This document shows, one piece after another, positions 1-9,970 of a stretch of 64,000 nucleotides of DNA. The DNA comes from an uncultured Elusimicrobia bacterium (lineage in GTDB: Bacteria; Elusimicrobiota; Endomicrobiia; Endomicrobiales; CAIRNS01). How positions within the stretch are numbered: position 1 is the stretch's first letter; the number at the start of each line of letters is the position of its first letter. The position numbers and the translations under genes are program-made. The notes under the pieces were generated by a model. It was not told the DNA's origin. It did no database searches and was given only the letters and a program-made list of their open reading frames with translations. Where the stretch lies: assembly GCA_903880015.1 (NCBI GenBank), contig CAIRNS010000028.1, positions 66,462-130,461 on the forward strand. Direction: 5' to 3'.

Positions 1-1
1 T

Positions 2-508
2 GCGTGGCATACCGGAAAATTTCTTAGCCCCGCTGTCAACGATCATCTCAAGAAAATGTTTTTGTGGTGGATTGTTTCTTTGTTTTTTTTGTTTGCTGCC
101 GGTGTCGCTTTTGCTTACTTTGTCATGATTCCCGTCGGCTATGGGTTTCTTATGAACCTGGCTCGGTCGGTCGCGACGCCGATGATTACGCTGAACAACT
201 ATATTTCATTTACGCTGGCAATTCTGGTGATGGGGGGATTGGTGTTTGAAATGCCTGCAGTTGCCGCAGTGTTGGGAAAAGCCGGCATCATAACCGCCGG
301 CATGCTGCGGGCTCGGCGCAGAGAAGCCATATTTGGTCTTGCCATAGCGGCCGCAGTTATAACGCCGACGACCGATATATTTAATATGCTGGTTTTTTTC
401 ATTCCGATGCTGGTGCTTTACGAGGTGAGTATTCTGGTTGTTTCCTGTCAGCGCCCGCATCAGACAATTGAATCTTACGGAGGAGATAATGGATATAAAA
501 AAGTTTAG
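2..508 (+). CDS. tatC: Tat translocase subunit TatC, C-terminal part (5' end outside window)
   Basis: The frame is open from nt 2. Polytopic membrane sequence with TatC-like C-terminal motifs (FVMIPVGYGFL, AAAVITPTTDIFNM). Confidence 0.75.
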   Translation, partial: AWHTGKFLSPAVNDHLKKMFLWWIVSLFFLFAAGVAFAYFVMIPVGYGFLMNLARSVATPMITLNNYISFTLAILVMGGLVFEMPAVAAVLGKAGIITAGMLRARRREAIFGLAIAAAVITPTTDIFNMLVFFIPMLVLYEVSILVVSCQRPHQTIESYGGDNGYKKV

Positions 509-1466
509 TGCGCTTATTGCAACTCGTTTTTCGCGGGCGTCATTTTTGAAAATGACCGCTGCCGCGCTGGGGACTTTGGCGCTTCCGCCGTTATTCGGCC
601 GCACGGGCGTTCTGCATGCTTCTACGGTGCTTGCGCCGCGCGCCCCTAAAACAATATCAACGATATGCGATCTTGCCGTAGCTCGCGGCCCTGAACCGGG
701 TGCGGCAACGCGCTCGGCCGTCAATGCGCTCGGCGGTATGGGGAAATTTGTAAAAAAAGGGATGGTGGTGGTGGTCAAACCCAACATTGCGTGGGACAGA
801 ACGCCGGAACAGGGGGCGACCACGCATCCGGCGGTCGTTGCCGCTCTGGTGCGCATGAGTTTTGAGGCCGGCGCAAAAACGGTTAAAGTATTTGATTTTA
901 CCTGCAACGAAGCGCGGCGAACCTATGAAAACAGCGGTATTGCTGCTGCGGCGAAACAAGCCGGTGCCGCTGTCAATTATGTCGATGACTGGAAATTTTT
1001 TCCCGGTCAATTCCCGCCGGGAGCTGTGATGAAGGATTGGCTTATGTACCGCGACGCGGTAGAGTGTGATTGTTTTATCAATGCTCCGGTCGCCAAACAT
1101 CACAGTTTGACACGGGTAACGCTTTCAATAAAAAATTTAATGGGCGTATGCGGCAACGACCGCGGCCGGATGCATCAGGATATCGCGCCAAAAATTGTTG
1201 AGGTCCTTGCATTCATGAAACCTGAACTGACGGTCATCGACGCTTCCCGGATATTACTGCGTAACGGCCCGAGCGGCGGCAATATGAGCGATGTCAAACG
1301 GGTGGATACAATCATTGCTTCGGCGGATCCTGTGCTCGCTGACGCTTACGCAACGACATTGTTTGGCATTGCTCCTCATGAAATAGGTCATATAAAACTT
1401 GCGGCGGAACGCAAACTGGGGAGCATGAACCTTGCAACCGCAAAAATCAGAACAGTAAATGCCTGA
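489..1466 (+). CDS. DUF362-like protein with a Tat-like signal peptide
   Basis: ATG at 489 is preceded by GGAG. The N-terminus FSRASFLKMTAAALGTLALPPLF resembles a degenerate twin-arginine signal. The body resembles the DUF362 family (VVKPNIAW, KHH, DASRILLRNGP). Confidence 0.55.
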   Translation: MDIKKFSALIATRFSRASFLKMTAAALGTLALPPLFGRTGVLHASTVLAPRAPKTISTICDLAVARGPEPGAATRSAVNALGGMGKFVKKGMVVVVKPNIAWDRTPEQGATTHPAVVAALVRMSFEAGAKTVKVFDFTCNEARRTYENSGIAAAAKQAGAAVNYVDDWKFFPGQFPPGAVMKDWLMYRDAVECDCFINAPVAKHHSLTRVTLSIKNLMGVCGNDRGRMHQDIAPKIVEVLAFMKPELTVIDASRILLRNGPSGGNMSDVKRVDTIIASADPVLADAYATTLFGIAPHEIGHIKLAAERKLGSMNLATAKIRTVNA

Positions 1467-2977
1467 TGCTTATTCTGCGCCGTATCGTTCAAACCGCCTG
1501 TGCAGTTTTTTTTATCGTCGTAGTGTGGACGACGCGCTATCCCTTGGACCATTTTCTCAACCCCGCAGTACTTTTTAAAATAGATCCTCTGGTCATGATT
1601 ATGACCTCTATCGCTGAGCGGATAATTTTGCCCGGCATTGTATTTGCCGTTATGACACTTGCGGCAACATTCGTCTTGGGACGGGTTTTTTGCGGGTGGG
1701 TATGTCCGCTCGGTGCGGTTTCTGATTTTTGGGTTTTCTTGACGGACCGGCTGCGGTTGCTGCTTCGCCTGCCGGTAAAAGATTTTTTAATGCCCCGCGG
1801 CAGATTCATCAAATATGCGGGACTCGGTTTATGTGCTCTCTTGGCTGTAGGGGGAATTCAATTCGTCTGGCTCTTTGACCCGCTGACCATATTCGTCCGC
1901 AGCGTTTCCTTTGGGGTTATCCCGCCGGCGAACGCGCTGTTTGAAAGTATTTCCGCAAAGCTCATACCGGCGACAAACTACTATCCCCCGGTGGAAGTTG
2001 CCTACCACTGGCTGAAAGAAGCGATGTTTGATCCGCGCCGGCTTTTGTTCCCGCACGCCCCCGTTATTTCCACGATTTTTGTCGTGATACTTGCGGCAGC
2101 CGTTATGGTGCGGCGGTTCTGGTGCAGATATCTGTGCCCGCTGGGCGGGATGCTGGCACTGGTTGCCGCACATTCATTGCTTAAGCGCGTTTCTCCGCCG
2201 TGCGCGGTTTCTTGCGGGATGTGCAAGGATGATTGCCGCATGGGTGCTATTGCCGATGATAATTCTTATAACGCTTCCGAGTGTATTGTTTGTCTTGACT
2301 GTGTCAAAAAGTGTTCGGGGGATACATCATCGTTTTCATTTGACCGCCACAAGATTGTACAATCGGCGCCACTGCCATCCGCACACGGCATTTCCCGCGC
2401 GCAATTTTTTGCCTGGAGCGGGGTGTCGCTGGGACTTTTGGCGTCGTCGTGCGCAAAACCGTTTTTACGCAACCGCGTGCGCGCCGTTATCCGGCCGCCG
2501 GCAGCGCTCCCCGAAGCTGAATTTGTTCAGCGGTGCGTGCGTTGCGGGAACTGCATGAAAGTATGCATTACTAACGGGCTGCAACCGGTTGTGCTTGAAA
2601 GCGGTTCTGAAGGGATATGGACGCCGAAAATGGACCCATCCATCGGATACTGCGAATATAAATGCACGCTGTGCGGGCGAGTATGTCCGACGGGTGCGAT
2701 CCCTCCGTTGACGGTTGAGCAAAAGGTGCGCACTCACATGGGTGTGGCGAATATCGCGCGTGACCGCTGTATCCCGTGGGCGACCGGCCGGCAATGCCTG
2801 GTGTGCGAGGAACATTGCCCGATACCCCAAAAAGCTATTCAAATCAGGGAAATGATGCATCTGGGGCAAAAAGTACTGCTCCCGTTCGTCGACGCCGATG
2901 CGTGCGTGGGGTGCACGCTGTGCCAGCATGTGTGCCCGGTTTTGCCCCGCAAGGCCATTGAGGTATCCCCGGTATGA
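1466..2977 (+). CDS. Membrane-bound polyferredoxin, NapH/MauN-like N-terminus plus multiple 4Fe-4S domains
   Basis: ATGA overlap with the upstream gene. TM helices carry CGWVCPLG and CRYLCPLG. At least six CxxCxxC(xxx)C(P) clusters occur in the C-terminal half. Confidence 0.75.
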   Translation: MLILRRIVQTACAVFFIVVVWTTRYPLDHFLNPAVLFKIDPLVMIMTSIAERIILPGIVFAVMTLAATFVLGRVFCGWVCPLGAVSDFWVFLTDRLRLLLRLPVKDFLMPRGRFIKYAGLGLCALLAVGGIQFVWLFDPLTIFVRSVSFGVIPPANALFESISAKLIPATNYYPPVEVAYHWLKEAMFDPRRLLFPHAPVISTIFVVILAAAVMVRRFWCRYLCPLGGMLALVAAHSLLKRVSPPCAVSCGMCKDDCRMGAIADDNSYNASECIVCLDCVKKCSGDTSSFSFDRHKIVQSAPLPSAHGISRAQFFAWSGVSLGLLASSCAKPFLRNRVRAVIRPPAALPEAEFVQRCVRCGNCMKVCITNGLQPVVLESGSEGIWTPKMDPSIGYCEYKCTLCGRVCPTGAIPPLTVEQKVRTHMGVANIARDRCIPWATGRQCLVCEEHCPIPQKAIQIREMMHLGQKVLLPFVDADACVGCTLCQHVCPVLPRKAIEVSPV

Positions 2978-4311
2978 AGCGGTCTTCTTTTTTCATGCAT
3001 GTATTTCCTTGTATATCGACAGGCAGAGGAATTCTGGGGAAGGTTCCCTGGGTCGCAGTTCTTTTTTTCTGTTCATTTTGCTGGGCGCGGACTTCGGAGC
3101 GGGTTGAATTTCCCGTCAATGAATCAACCGTGGTCGAGCGGCAATTTTTTGGCGAACTCGACTCTGGCCGACTTAAGAGTTTTTCTGAAGCCGATGCTTT
3201 TCTTGTCGCCTCAGGTATAACCGGTTCAGGAGCATTCGCGTCCTATCGATACCGGTTTGACGCTATCCGTCGTCAGGCTTCAGCGGCAGTCAAAGGCGAA
3301 CGCGATGTTGCAGTTCGGGGTCGCAAACTGTTGACATGGCTGCATGCCCATGTGTTTAAAAAATACTGCAGCGATGCAAGCACGGTAGACCGGATACTGG
3401 ACCGCGGGGAATTCAACTGCCTTGCATCGAGCGTATTCTACGCCGTTCTTGCCAGGGATCTTCGCATTCCGGTCACCGGGCTGCTGGTCCCGGACCATGC
3501 TCTCTGTGTGGTTATGACGGCATCTGGTCCGGTGGATGTTGAGACAGGCGTCCGGTCAGGATTCAATATCTCCGAAGAGGGAAAAAGTGAACTTAATAAA
3601 ATTACTGGTTTTGAGTATGCGCGTTTTGGTTCCCGCCGGGCAGTGAGCGTCCTGCAGTTAATCGGCGAGGTATATGCAAACCGCGCGGTCCAGCTGGCGT
3701 CATCTTCCCGGAACGACACGCAACTTCTGGCGTTGTATAAGAAGGCCTTCTATTTCAATCCTTCATCGCTGTTTTTCGCCCGCAATATCGCTGCGTGCCT
3801 TAACAACCGCATTGTCGATTCTTTCAACAGCAAGAACTACGCGGCAGCGGAAGAATATATACGGCAAGGTCGGCGGTTCGATCCGCAGGATGAAAATTTT
3901 ATATCCCAACAGATCTATTGGTATTCGGTTATGGCCAATAACGAAGTGGCAGCGGGGCGGTATCAGGAAGGGATTGACCGTACCAAAAAAGCATTGCGCA
4001 CGTATCCCGGCGCGATCAGACTTCACCAGTCACTTGCTCATCTGTATGTGTCCTGGGCCCATGTTTTTTCAACACAAGAGAACTATGATGCGGCATTGAA
4101 TATCCTGACGGCAGGCAGGAATGATATCCCTAATGATACGACCATTTCCTACAACCTGCGCACAGCGTTTTACAACAAAGCGGTACAATGCTATAATACC
4201 GATAATTTCAAAGACGCAATCATTGTCTGCGATCAGGCGCTTCTGTTTTTCCCGGGGGATGCGGAAATAGTGCGCCTGCGCCAGTCAGCAGGGAATGGGA
4301 AAAAACAATGA
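2974..4311 (+). CDS. Transglutaminase-like Cys/His core protein with TPR-like C-terminal repeats (SirB1/YchA-like architecture)
   Basis: 4-nt overlap with the upstream gene and a hydrophobic N-terminus. FNCLASSVFYAVLARDLRIPVTGLLVPDHALCVV fits a transglutaminase-like Cys...His pattern. The tail is helical and repeat-like. Confidence 0.4.
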   Translation: MKRSSFFMHVFPCISTGRGILGKVPWVAVLFFCSFCWARTSERVEFPVNESTVVERQFFGELDSGRLKSFSEADAFLVASGITGSGAFASYRYRFDAIRRQASAAVKGERDVAVRGRKLLTWLHAHVFKKYCSDASTVDRILDRGEFNCLASSVFYAVLARDLRIPVTGLLVPDHALCVVMTASGPVDVETGVRSGFNISEEGKSELNKITGFEYARFGSRRAVSVLQLIGEVYANRAVQLASSSRNDTQLLALYKKAFYFNPSSLFFARNIAACLNNRIVDSFNSKNYAAAEEYIRQGRRFDPQDENFISQQIYWYSVMANNEVAAGRYQEGIDRTKKALRTYPGAIRLHQSLAHLYVSWAHVFSTQENYDAALNILTAGRNDIPNDTTISYNLRTAFYNKAVQCYNTDNFKDAIIVCDQALLFFPGDAEIVRLRQSAGNGKKQ

Positions 4312-4330
4312 CACAAAACCAGGAGCTGAC

Positions 4331-4825
4331 ATGCATAAAATAAGTATGATGACTTTTCTAATTATTCTTCTTTTAAGCAGCGGAGTGTGTGCCGTCACGC
4401 CCTGTCAATTATTTGTTATCGAGCGCAGCAAGAATGCCAACCTCGTGATTTACGAGGCCCAGCTTGATGACGCGGGAACCATACTGCCCACGACCCCCGT
4501 TGTTGCGTATTGGAAGCTCAACGCAACCACCGGCGGGAAGGAAGCGTTGGGTATGTTGGACAAAAAGGCCTACGGATTCTCCGTCAATAAAGAGGGGGAC
4601 ATATACCGGATGGTGCTGGCTCCTGTCAAGAAACGGCCGATTCTGCTGGTAAATGACGGCAATACCGTTCGGGCACAGATGGTCATCGGCGAACAACAGT
4701 CGTGGCTTTCTAAAGTATATGTCAAGGCGAAAGAGGGCGCATTTTTGCCCACGGTGCAATATTTTGAATTATTTGGGACCGCTGTCGCGGGTGGCCAAAC
4801 AACATATGAAAAGATAGTGCCATGA
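4331..4825 (+). CDS. Secreted protein or lipoprotein of unknown function (possibly DUF4833-like)
   Basis: The internal ATG at 4331 gives a signal peptide MHKISMMTFLIILLLSSGVCA. The rest is predicted beta-rich, with no catalytic motif. Confidence 0.35.
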   Translation: MHKISMMTFLIILLLSSGVCAVTPCQLFVIERSKNANLVIYEAQLDDAGTILPTTPVVAYWKLNATTGGKEALGMLDKKAYGFSVNKEGDIYRMVLAPVKKRPILLVNDGNTVRAQMVIGEQQSWLSKVYVKAKEGAFLPTVQYFELFGTAVAGGQTTYEKIVP

Positions 4826-5370
4826 AAATTCTCTTTGATTTGTTTCCGGTAATATTATTCTTTATTGCCTTTAAAGTGAAAGGCATTTATGTTGCGACCG
4901 CTGTAGCCATTGCCGCTGCAGTTCTTCAGGTGGTCTATTCATGGGTGCGTTATAAAAAAGTGGACACCATGGCATGGGTTGGCATGGGGGTATTGGTAGT
5001 TTTTGGCGGTTCGACATTACTGTTGCACAACGAGATGTTCATCAAATGGAAGCCGACGATTCTTTACTGGATATTTTCGTTAACTATTTTAATTGGTTAC
5101 GCGGTGATGAAGAAGAATATAATCCGGACACTCATGCACAAACAAATTGTGCTTCCTGAGAATATTTGGACGAAAATGAATCTCGCGTGGGGAATATTTT
5201 TTGCTGTGCTGGGTGCGATAAATCTGGGTGTGGCCTACACGTGCACCACCGCAACATGGGTAAACTTCAAATTGTTCGGTATCATGGGAATCATGCTGGT
5301 ATTTATCGTTTTACAGGCCTTACTGATGGCTCCGTATATCAAAGATAACGCCCCTGCCGCGGAAAAATAA
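4822..5370 (+). CDS. yciB: Intracellular septation protein A family (YciB/IspZ)
   Basis: The N-terminus [18 protein letters not shown] and the five-TM layout are typical of YciB. ATGA overlap with the upstream gene. Confidence 0.7.
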   Translation: MKILFDLFPVILFFIAFKVKGIYVATAVAIAAAVLQVVYSWVRYKKVDTMAWVGMGVLVVFGGSTLLLHNEMFIKWKPTILYWIFSLTILIGYAVMKKNIIRTLMHKQIVLPENIWTKMNLAWGIFFAVLGAINLGVAYTCTTATWVNFKLFGIMGIMLVFIVLQALLMAPYIKDNAPAAEK

Positions 5371-5392
5371 TCAACGACAAAGGAGTTCCCCG

Positions 5393-7030
5393 ATGGAACC
5401 ATTGACGAAAACAGCCGCTTGGAAAGCATTGAACGATCATTATCAGGAGATAAAGGCAACGCATCTGCGGGATTTCTTTACCGATAAAACACGTGTTGCA
5501 AAATTGTCTCTGCGTGTTGACGGACTGGGCATGCAGGTCGATTATTCCAAGAACCGCGTTACGGCTGAAACGATGGATATGCTCTGCGATCTTGCCTGGG
5601 CGAGCGGGGTGAAAGAATACGCGCACCGGATGTTCAACGGCGAGAAAATCAACTGGACGGAAAAACGGGCAGTTCTGCATACTGCTCTGCGTAATCGCTC
5701 CAATCGCCCGATAGTGGTTGACGGCAAGGATGTGATGCCGGAAATCAACCGGGTTCTGGAGAAAATGAAGAAGTTTTCAGGCGACCTGCGCTCCGGCGTC
5801 TGGCGCGGGGCGACCGGCGAAAAAATAACCGCCATCGTCAATATCGGCATCGGCGGGTCTGATCTCGGACCAAAAATGGTGTATGAGTCCCTCAAGCATT
5901 ACGCTGACGGGCCGGATGTCTTTTTTGTTTCGAACATTGATGGCGCTGATATGGACGAGACACTGAAAAAACTTAACCCTGCGGTAACCCTGTTCATCGT
6001 TGCCTCAAAAACATTCACGACGCTTGAAACAATCACGAATGCCCGCACCGCCCGCGCATGGCTGGTAAAGAAGCTTGGCGAAAAAGCTGTGCGCAATCAT
6101 TTCGTCGCGTTGTCGACCAACAAACAGAAAGTTGAAGAATTCGGTATCGATGCGGCGAATATGTTTGAGTTCTGGGATTTTGTCGGTGGCCGGTATTCCC
6201 TCTGGTCGGCGATAGGGCTTCCTGTCGCCTGCGCGGTCGGATTCACCCGTTTTGAAGAACTGCTTGACGGCGCGCACGCAATGGATGAGCATTTTTTAAC
6301 CACCGCATTCGATAAGAACCTGCCGGTTATCATGGCACTTCTGGGTATTTGGTACAACAATTTTTTTGATGCGGGAACCTGCGCGGTTTTGCCGTACAGT
6401 CAATATCTCTCCCGTCTGCCGGCGTATCTGCAGCAGGCCGACATGGAATCAAACGGCAAGACTGTTGATCACGAGGGAACCCGGGTCAACTATCAGACTG
6501 GCCCCGTGATTTGGGGTGAACCGGGCACCAACGGTCAACATTCGTTCTATCAGCTTATCCACCAGGGAACAAAACTGATTCCCGCCGACTTCATCGGATT
6601 CATCAATCCGCCCGTACGGGTCGGGGACCATCACGAAAAACTGATGGCGAACTTTTTTGCCCAGCCCGAAGCACTGGCGTTTGGTTTAGAAAAAGAAAAG
6701 GTAATCGAACAACTTAAAGCAGTCGGTGCATCGTCAGAAGACATCGCTTTGCTCGCACCTCATAAGGTCTTCGAGGGCAACAAGCCCACAACCACAATCC
6801 TCATAGATGAACTGACCCCGCGCACAATTGGTTCGCTGATAGCGCTCTATGAACATAAGATCTTCGTTCAGGGTGTCATCTGGCGTCTCAACAGTTTTGA
6901 TCAGTGGGGCGTTCAGCTCGGTAAAGTACTCGCCGATGTCATCCTTCCGGAACTTTCCGGCGGCGGAAAAACACCGCATGATGCTTCCACCGCGTCACTA
7001 ATAGACAGCTACAACACCCGGAAGAAATAG
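5393..7030 (+). CDS. pgi: Glucose-6-phosphate isomerase
   Basis: Full-length PGI signatures are present: [45 protein letters not shown]. Confidence 0.95.
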   Translation: MEPLTKTAAWKALNDHYQEIKATHLRDFFTDKTRVAKLSLRVDGLGMQVDYSKNRVTAETMDMLCDLAWASGVKEYAHRMFNGEKINWTEKRAVLHTALRNRSNRPIVVDGKDVMPEINRVLEKMKKFSGDLRSGVWRGATGEKITAIVNIGIGGSDLGPKMVYESLKHYADGPDVFFVSNIDGADMDETLKKLNPAVTLFIVASKTFTTLETITNARTARAWLVKKLGEKAVRNHFVALSTNKQKVEEFGIDAANMFEFWDFVGGRYSLWSAIGLPVACAVGFTRFEELLDGAHAMDEHFLTTAFDKNLPVIMALLGIWYNNFFDAGTCAVLPYSQYLSRLPAYLQQADMESNGKTVDHEGTRVNYQTGPVIWGEPGTNGQHSFYQLIHQGTKLIPADFIGFINPPVRVGDHHEKLMANFFAQPEALAFGLEKEKVIEQLKAVGASSEDIALLAPHKVFEGNKPTTTILIDELTPRTIGSLIALYEHKIFVQGVIWRLNSFDQWGVQLGKVLADVILPELSGGGKTPHDASTASLIDSYNTRKK

Positions 7031-7123
7031 ATTCATATTCTTTCTTTGCATTCGTTTCAATGCCCGTCAAGACAAGCGTGCGCCCTGCCTGCGATCCGAT
7101 ACTATGCCATAAGCGAGGAACCC

Positions 7124-7939
7124 ATGGAAAAACTCTTGAGCATGCCGATAAAGGAAGTGTTGACGCAGTATCCGAATGTTGGCAAAATTCTTCAGGACTA
7201 TGGTGTCGGTTGCGTGTCCTGCGGGGTGGGTACATGTCTGCTTAAAGATGTTGTACATATACATTCTTTGTCAAAAGATGAAGATGCCGAGCTTATGTAC
7301 CGGATCGAAAAAGAGGTCTATCCGGATAGAGATATCGTTCCGCCTGCGGCCCCCGCGGCAAAAAAAGGAGCGCCCCAAAGCAGAAAATCTTCACGCCCGA
7401 TAAAATGTCTTGTGGATGAGCATGTCACCATCATGAAACTGGTTAACCTGATACCTGTCCTGGCAGAGACAACCGATATTTCAACCGCCGCGGGGAAACA
7501 GCTGATTATGGATGCCGTAGAATTTATCCGCTCGTTCGCGGACACATTCCATCACATGAAGGAAGAGGATATTTTATTTCACTACTGCGATCATCAGTCG
7601 GATATCATACAGGCGATGCTTAAAGATCATGATACGGCAAGAGGGTATATACGAGCGGCTGTCCACGCCCTTGAAATCAACGACAAGGACGGTGTTTCAT
7701 CGAATCTTGTGGCATACGCAAAATTATTGACTGAGCATATCAAGAAGGAAGACGAGATACTCTATCCTTGGATTGACAGGCAGTTAACTCCCTTGCAGAC
7801 CGCGGAGATGTTCTTGAAATTTAACGAAGTAGAGGGAAAATCAGATGCCGCTGTTGCAAAATGCGTAGCATTTGCCGATACGGCCGGAGAAAAAATAATC
7901 GCACAAAAAGCGGTTGACGGAGAAAGTCATAAAGGATAA
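7124..7939 (+). CDS. Hemerythrin-like metal-binding protein with an N-terminal CxxC redox-disulfide (DUF1858-like) domain
   Basis: ATG at 7124 follows AAGCGAGGAA. The N-terminus reads ILQDYGVGCVSCGVGTC. The C-terminal part has a His/Glu-rich four-helix pattern (HHMKEEDILF, EHIKKEDEILYPW). Confidence 0.55.
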   Translation: MEKLLSMPIKEVLTQYPNVGKILQDYGVGCVSCGVGTCLLKDVVHIHSLSKDEDAELMYRIEKEVYPDRDIVPPAAPAAKKGAPQSRKSSRPIKCLVDEHVTIMKLVNLIPVLAETTDISTAAGKQLIMDAVEFIRSFADTFHHMKEEDILFHYCDHQSDIIQAMLKDHDTARGYIRAAVHALEINDKDGVSSNLVAYAKLLTEHIKKEDEILYPWIDRQLTPLQTAEMFLKFNEVEGKSDAAVAKCVAFADTAGEKIIAQKAVDGESHKG

Positions 7940-7943
7940 CTGA

Positions 7944-8750
7944 CTACGGTGTGTCAGGATGCAGATGCGGATGGGAATGAACGGTGTCTTTATGTTCATG
8001 ACGGTGGATGTGCAGGAGATTGTTTTTCTTTAGAAATTCGTCGTCGGCCAAGACGGTTTCTGGTCTGCCTGAGCTGATTATTTTCCTGCTTTTGTCGAAT
8101 AAATATACGGTGTCGGAAATCTCGCTGATGATGTGCAAGTCGTGCGTTGCGGTGATGATCGTTTTTCCCTGACTGCTCGCCAGCGTTATCAAATCGACAA
8201 TATGCCGCGTGGTCAGGGGGTCGAGTCCCGCCGTAGGCTCGTCGAGCAATATGATATCAGGGTCAATCGCCCATACCGCTGCGATAGCTGCTTTTCTCTT
8301 TTCGCCGATGCTCAGCTGATGCGGTGCGCGGTCCAGCAGGTCGGTAATTTCAAGCAATTCAGCAAGCACGGTTAAGCGCTTGAGTGTTTCTTCCATAGAT
8401 ACCCCCAATTGCAGAGGGCCGAAAACAATATCTTCTTTTACAGTCGGGCAAAACAACTGCACATCAGGGTTCTGAAAAACAAAGCCGATTTTTTTCCGAA
8501 AGAATTGTGCATACTTTTCATCCTGCAACGCATCCTCAGTCAATTCCCTGCCAAATGCCTCTATCCTGCCTGCATCGGGGAAAATCAATCCGTCCAGTAA
8601 GGATAAAAGCGTTGATTTTCCTGTTCCGTTGGCACCGATGACAGCGATTTTCTCGCCTGCCGTAACAGTAAGATCTATCCCGCACAGAGCAGGGAATTTC
8701 CCCGCATGCGCATAATGAACATTCCGTAATGCAAAGATTGTGTTGCTCAT
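7944..8750 (-). CDS. cbiO: ECF transporter ATPase (cobalt/nickel type, CbiO) with a His-rich C-terminal tail
   Basis: Walker A GANGTGKST, signature LSIGEKRK, Walker B ILLDEP. The tail reads HIHRHEHKDTVHSHPHLHPD. Confidence 0.85.
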   Translation of the reverse strand: MSNTIFALRNVHYAHAGKFPALCGIDLTVTAGEKIAVIGANGTGKSTLLSLLDGLIFPDAGRIEAFGRELTEDALQDEKYAQFFRKKIGFVFQNPDVQLFCPTVKEDIVFGPLQLGVSMEETLKRLTVLAELLEITDLLDRAPHQLSIGEKRKAAIAAVWAIDPDIILLDEPTAGLDPLTTRHIVDLITLASSQGKTIITATHDLHIISEISDTVYLFDKSRKIISSGRPETVLADDEFLKKNNLLHIHRHEHKDTVHSHPHLHPDTP

Positions 8751-8760
8751 ATGCTTTCTC

Positions 8761-9555
8761 TCAATATACCGCGAACGACAGTGTAGATATTGCCGCCGCG
8801 GCGGTTATCCATGCCCAGTCGCGCAGGGTAGTTTTAAATTCGTGGAGCACCTGCGGTTCGCCTCTGTAACCTCGGGATAGCATGGCTGAATACACCTGAT
8901 TATTCAAATGGTATGACCGTATCCAGAGATTGGTTATGCTCCATGTTGCTATTTCACGGCCTTTTTTGTGCTTGATGTTTGTTCCGGCTCTGCTTTTGAT
9001 TGCCAGATGGGTATGTTCGATTATCTCGACAAAAAGATATATGTAGCGGTAACACATTCCCAGCGTCATGACAAACAACTGCGGTATTTTCAGTATGCGC
9101 AGCACCTTCAGGAGTTCGGTATGTTTCGTGGTTAACGAGAGCAGGATGACCAGGGATACAGAGGTGGCGACGCGCATAACAAACAGCGTGGCGCCGGAGA
9201 GCCCTTCCCGCGTAATCGTTACGGGATGATGCAGCAAAGTGAACATAAAAACCGGGTGTCCCGGGGTAACAAAATTAAAGACCGCCGGTACGGCGATAAA
9301 GAGCGAAAAGAGGGGGATAAAAAACCAGGTTCTTTTGATGAAAAAAAGCAGGTTTATTTTTGAGCAGGCCGCTAAGAGCAGGCAGAATGTGTACAGCCAG
9401 ACGAGAACAGCCGTATCCCTGACAAAAAGCACGGCAATAATCAATAGCAAAATCGCGGCTACATTAATCCGGGGGTCTCTGGATTGAAGAAACCCCTTTT
9501 TGAGCGCGTAGGCATCAGCATAGAGTGCATCTTTGAAAAAAGACAAAGCGCTCAT
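8761..9555 (-). CDS. cbiQ: ECF transporter transmembrane (T) component CbiQ
   Basis: Polytopic membrane protein with an N-terminal LQSRDPRINV motif. The start is taken at the internal Met (9555), because the longer ORF overlaps the upstream gene. Confidence 0.7.
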   Translation of the reverse strand: MSALSFFKDALYADAYALKKGFLQSRDPRINVAAILLLIIAVLFVRDTAVLVWLYTFCLLLAACSKINLLFFIKRTWFFIPLFSLFIAVPAVFNFVTPGHPVFMFTLLHHPVTITREGLSGATLFVMRVATSVSLVILLSLTTKHTELLKVLRILKIPQLFVMTLGMCYRYIYLFVEIIEHTHLAIKSRAGTNIKHKKGREIATWSITNLWIRSYHLNNQVYSAMLSRGYRGEPQVLHEFKTTLRDWAWITAAAAISTLSFAVY

Positions 9556-9611
9556 AAGCGTATGCTCGATGAAGTTATGTTTTATTGATAAAATCTTTGT
9601 GCTCCTGCTCG

Positions 9612-9944
9612 CTATTTTTTTCCTGACAATAATTTTCCCAAGACGATAGTTATGGCCGCCACAATGCCGATACCTGTCACGGCGGAAATTATGTACCCGG
9701 CACTGAGGTGTAGTATACCTTTTTGACTCCATCCCTTACAGACATAGCCGACCATAGGCGCATCCCATATTGCAGATAATTTCTCCAATCCCCGTGGAAC
9801 ATAGCCGATAAGCGCTTGTAGTTCACCAACGCCCCACTCGCCCCACGCGGGTCCTGCTTTCAACAGAGCGGGTAACAGTAATCCCAGAGGAGAAAGGACA
9901 ATTAAAATAACGATGAGCAGTGCTAATTTAGCGGTTGTTTTCAT
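9612..9944 (-). CDS. PDGLE-domain / CbiN-like small membrane component of the Ni/Co transporter
   Basis: Signal-anchor followed by a GEWG...YVPRGLEKL pattern, lying between cbiM and cbiQ. Confidence 0.55.
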   Translation of the reverse strand: MKTTAKLALLIVILIVLSPLGLLLPALLKAGPAWGEWGVGELQALIGYVPRGLEKLSAIWDAPMVGYVCKGWSQKGILHLSAGYIISAVTGIGIVAAITIVLGKLLSGKK

Positions 9945-9970
9945 ATTGTATTACGCAGAAAATATTTAAT

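Noticed and set aside
206-907. A 233-aa minus-strand ORF, plus many similar long antisense ORFs throughout the GC-rich core (e.g. 13093-13488, 15315-15911, 18322-18960, 23793-24650, 34044-34574).
   Set aside because: They lie entirely opposite well-supported genes, have Arg/Pro/Gly-rich low-complexity translations, and lack start-site context. They are typical shadow ORFs in GC-rich DNA.
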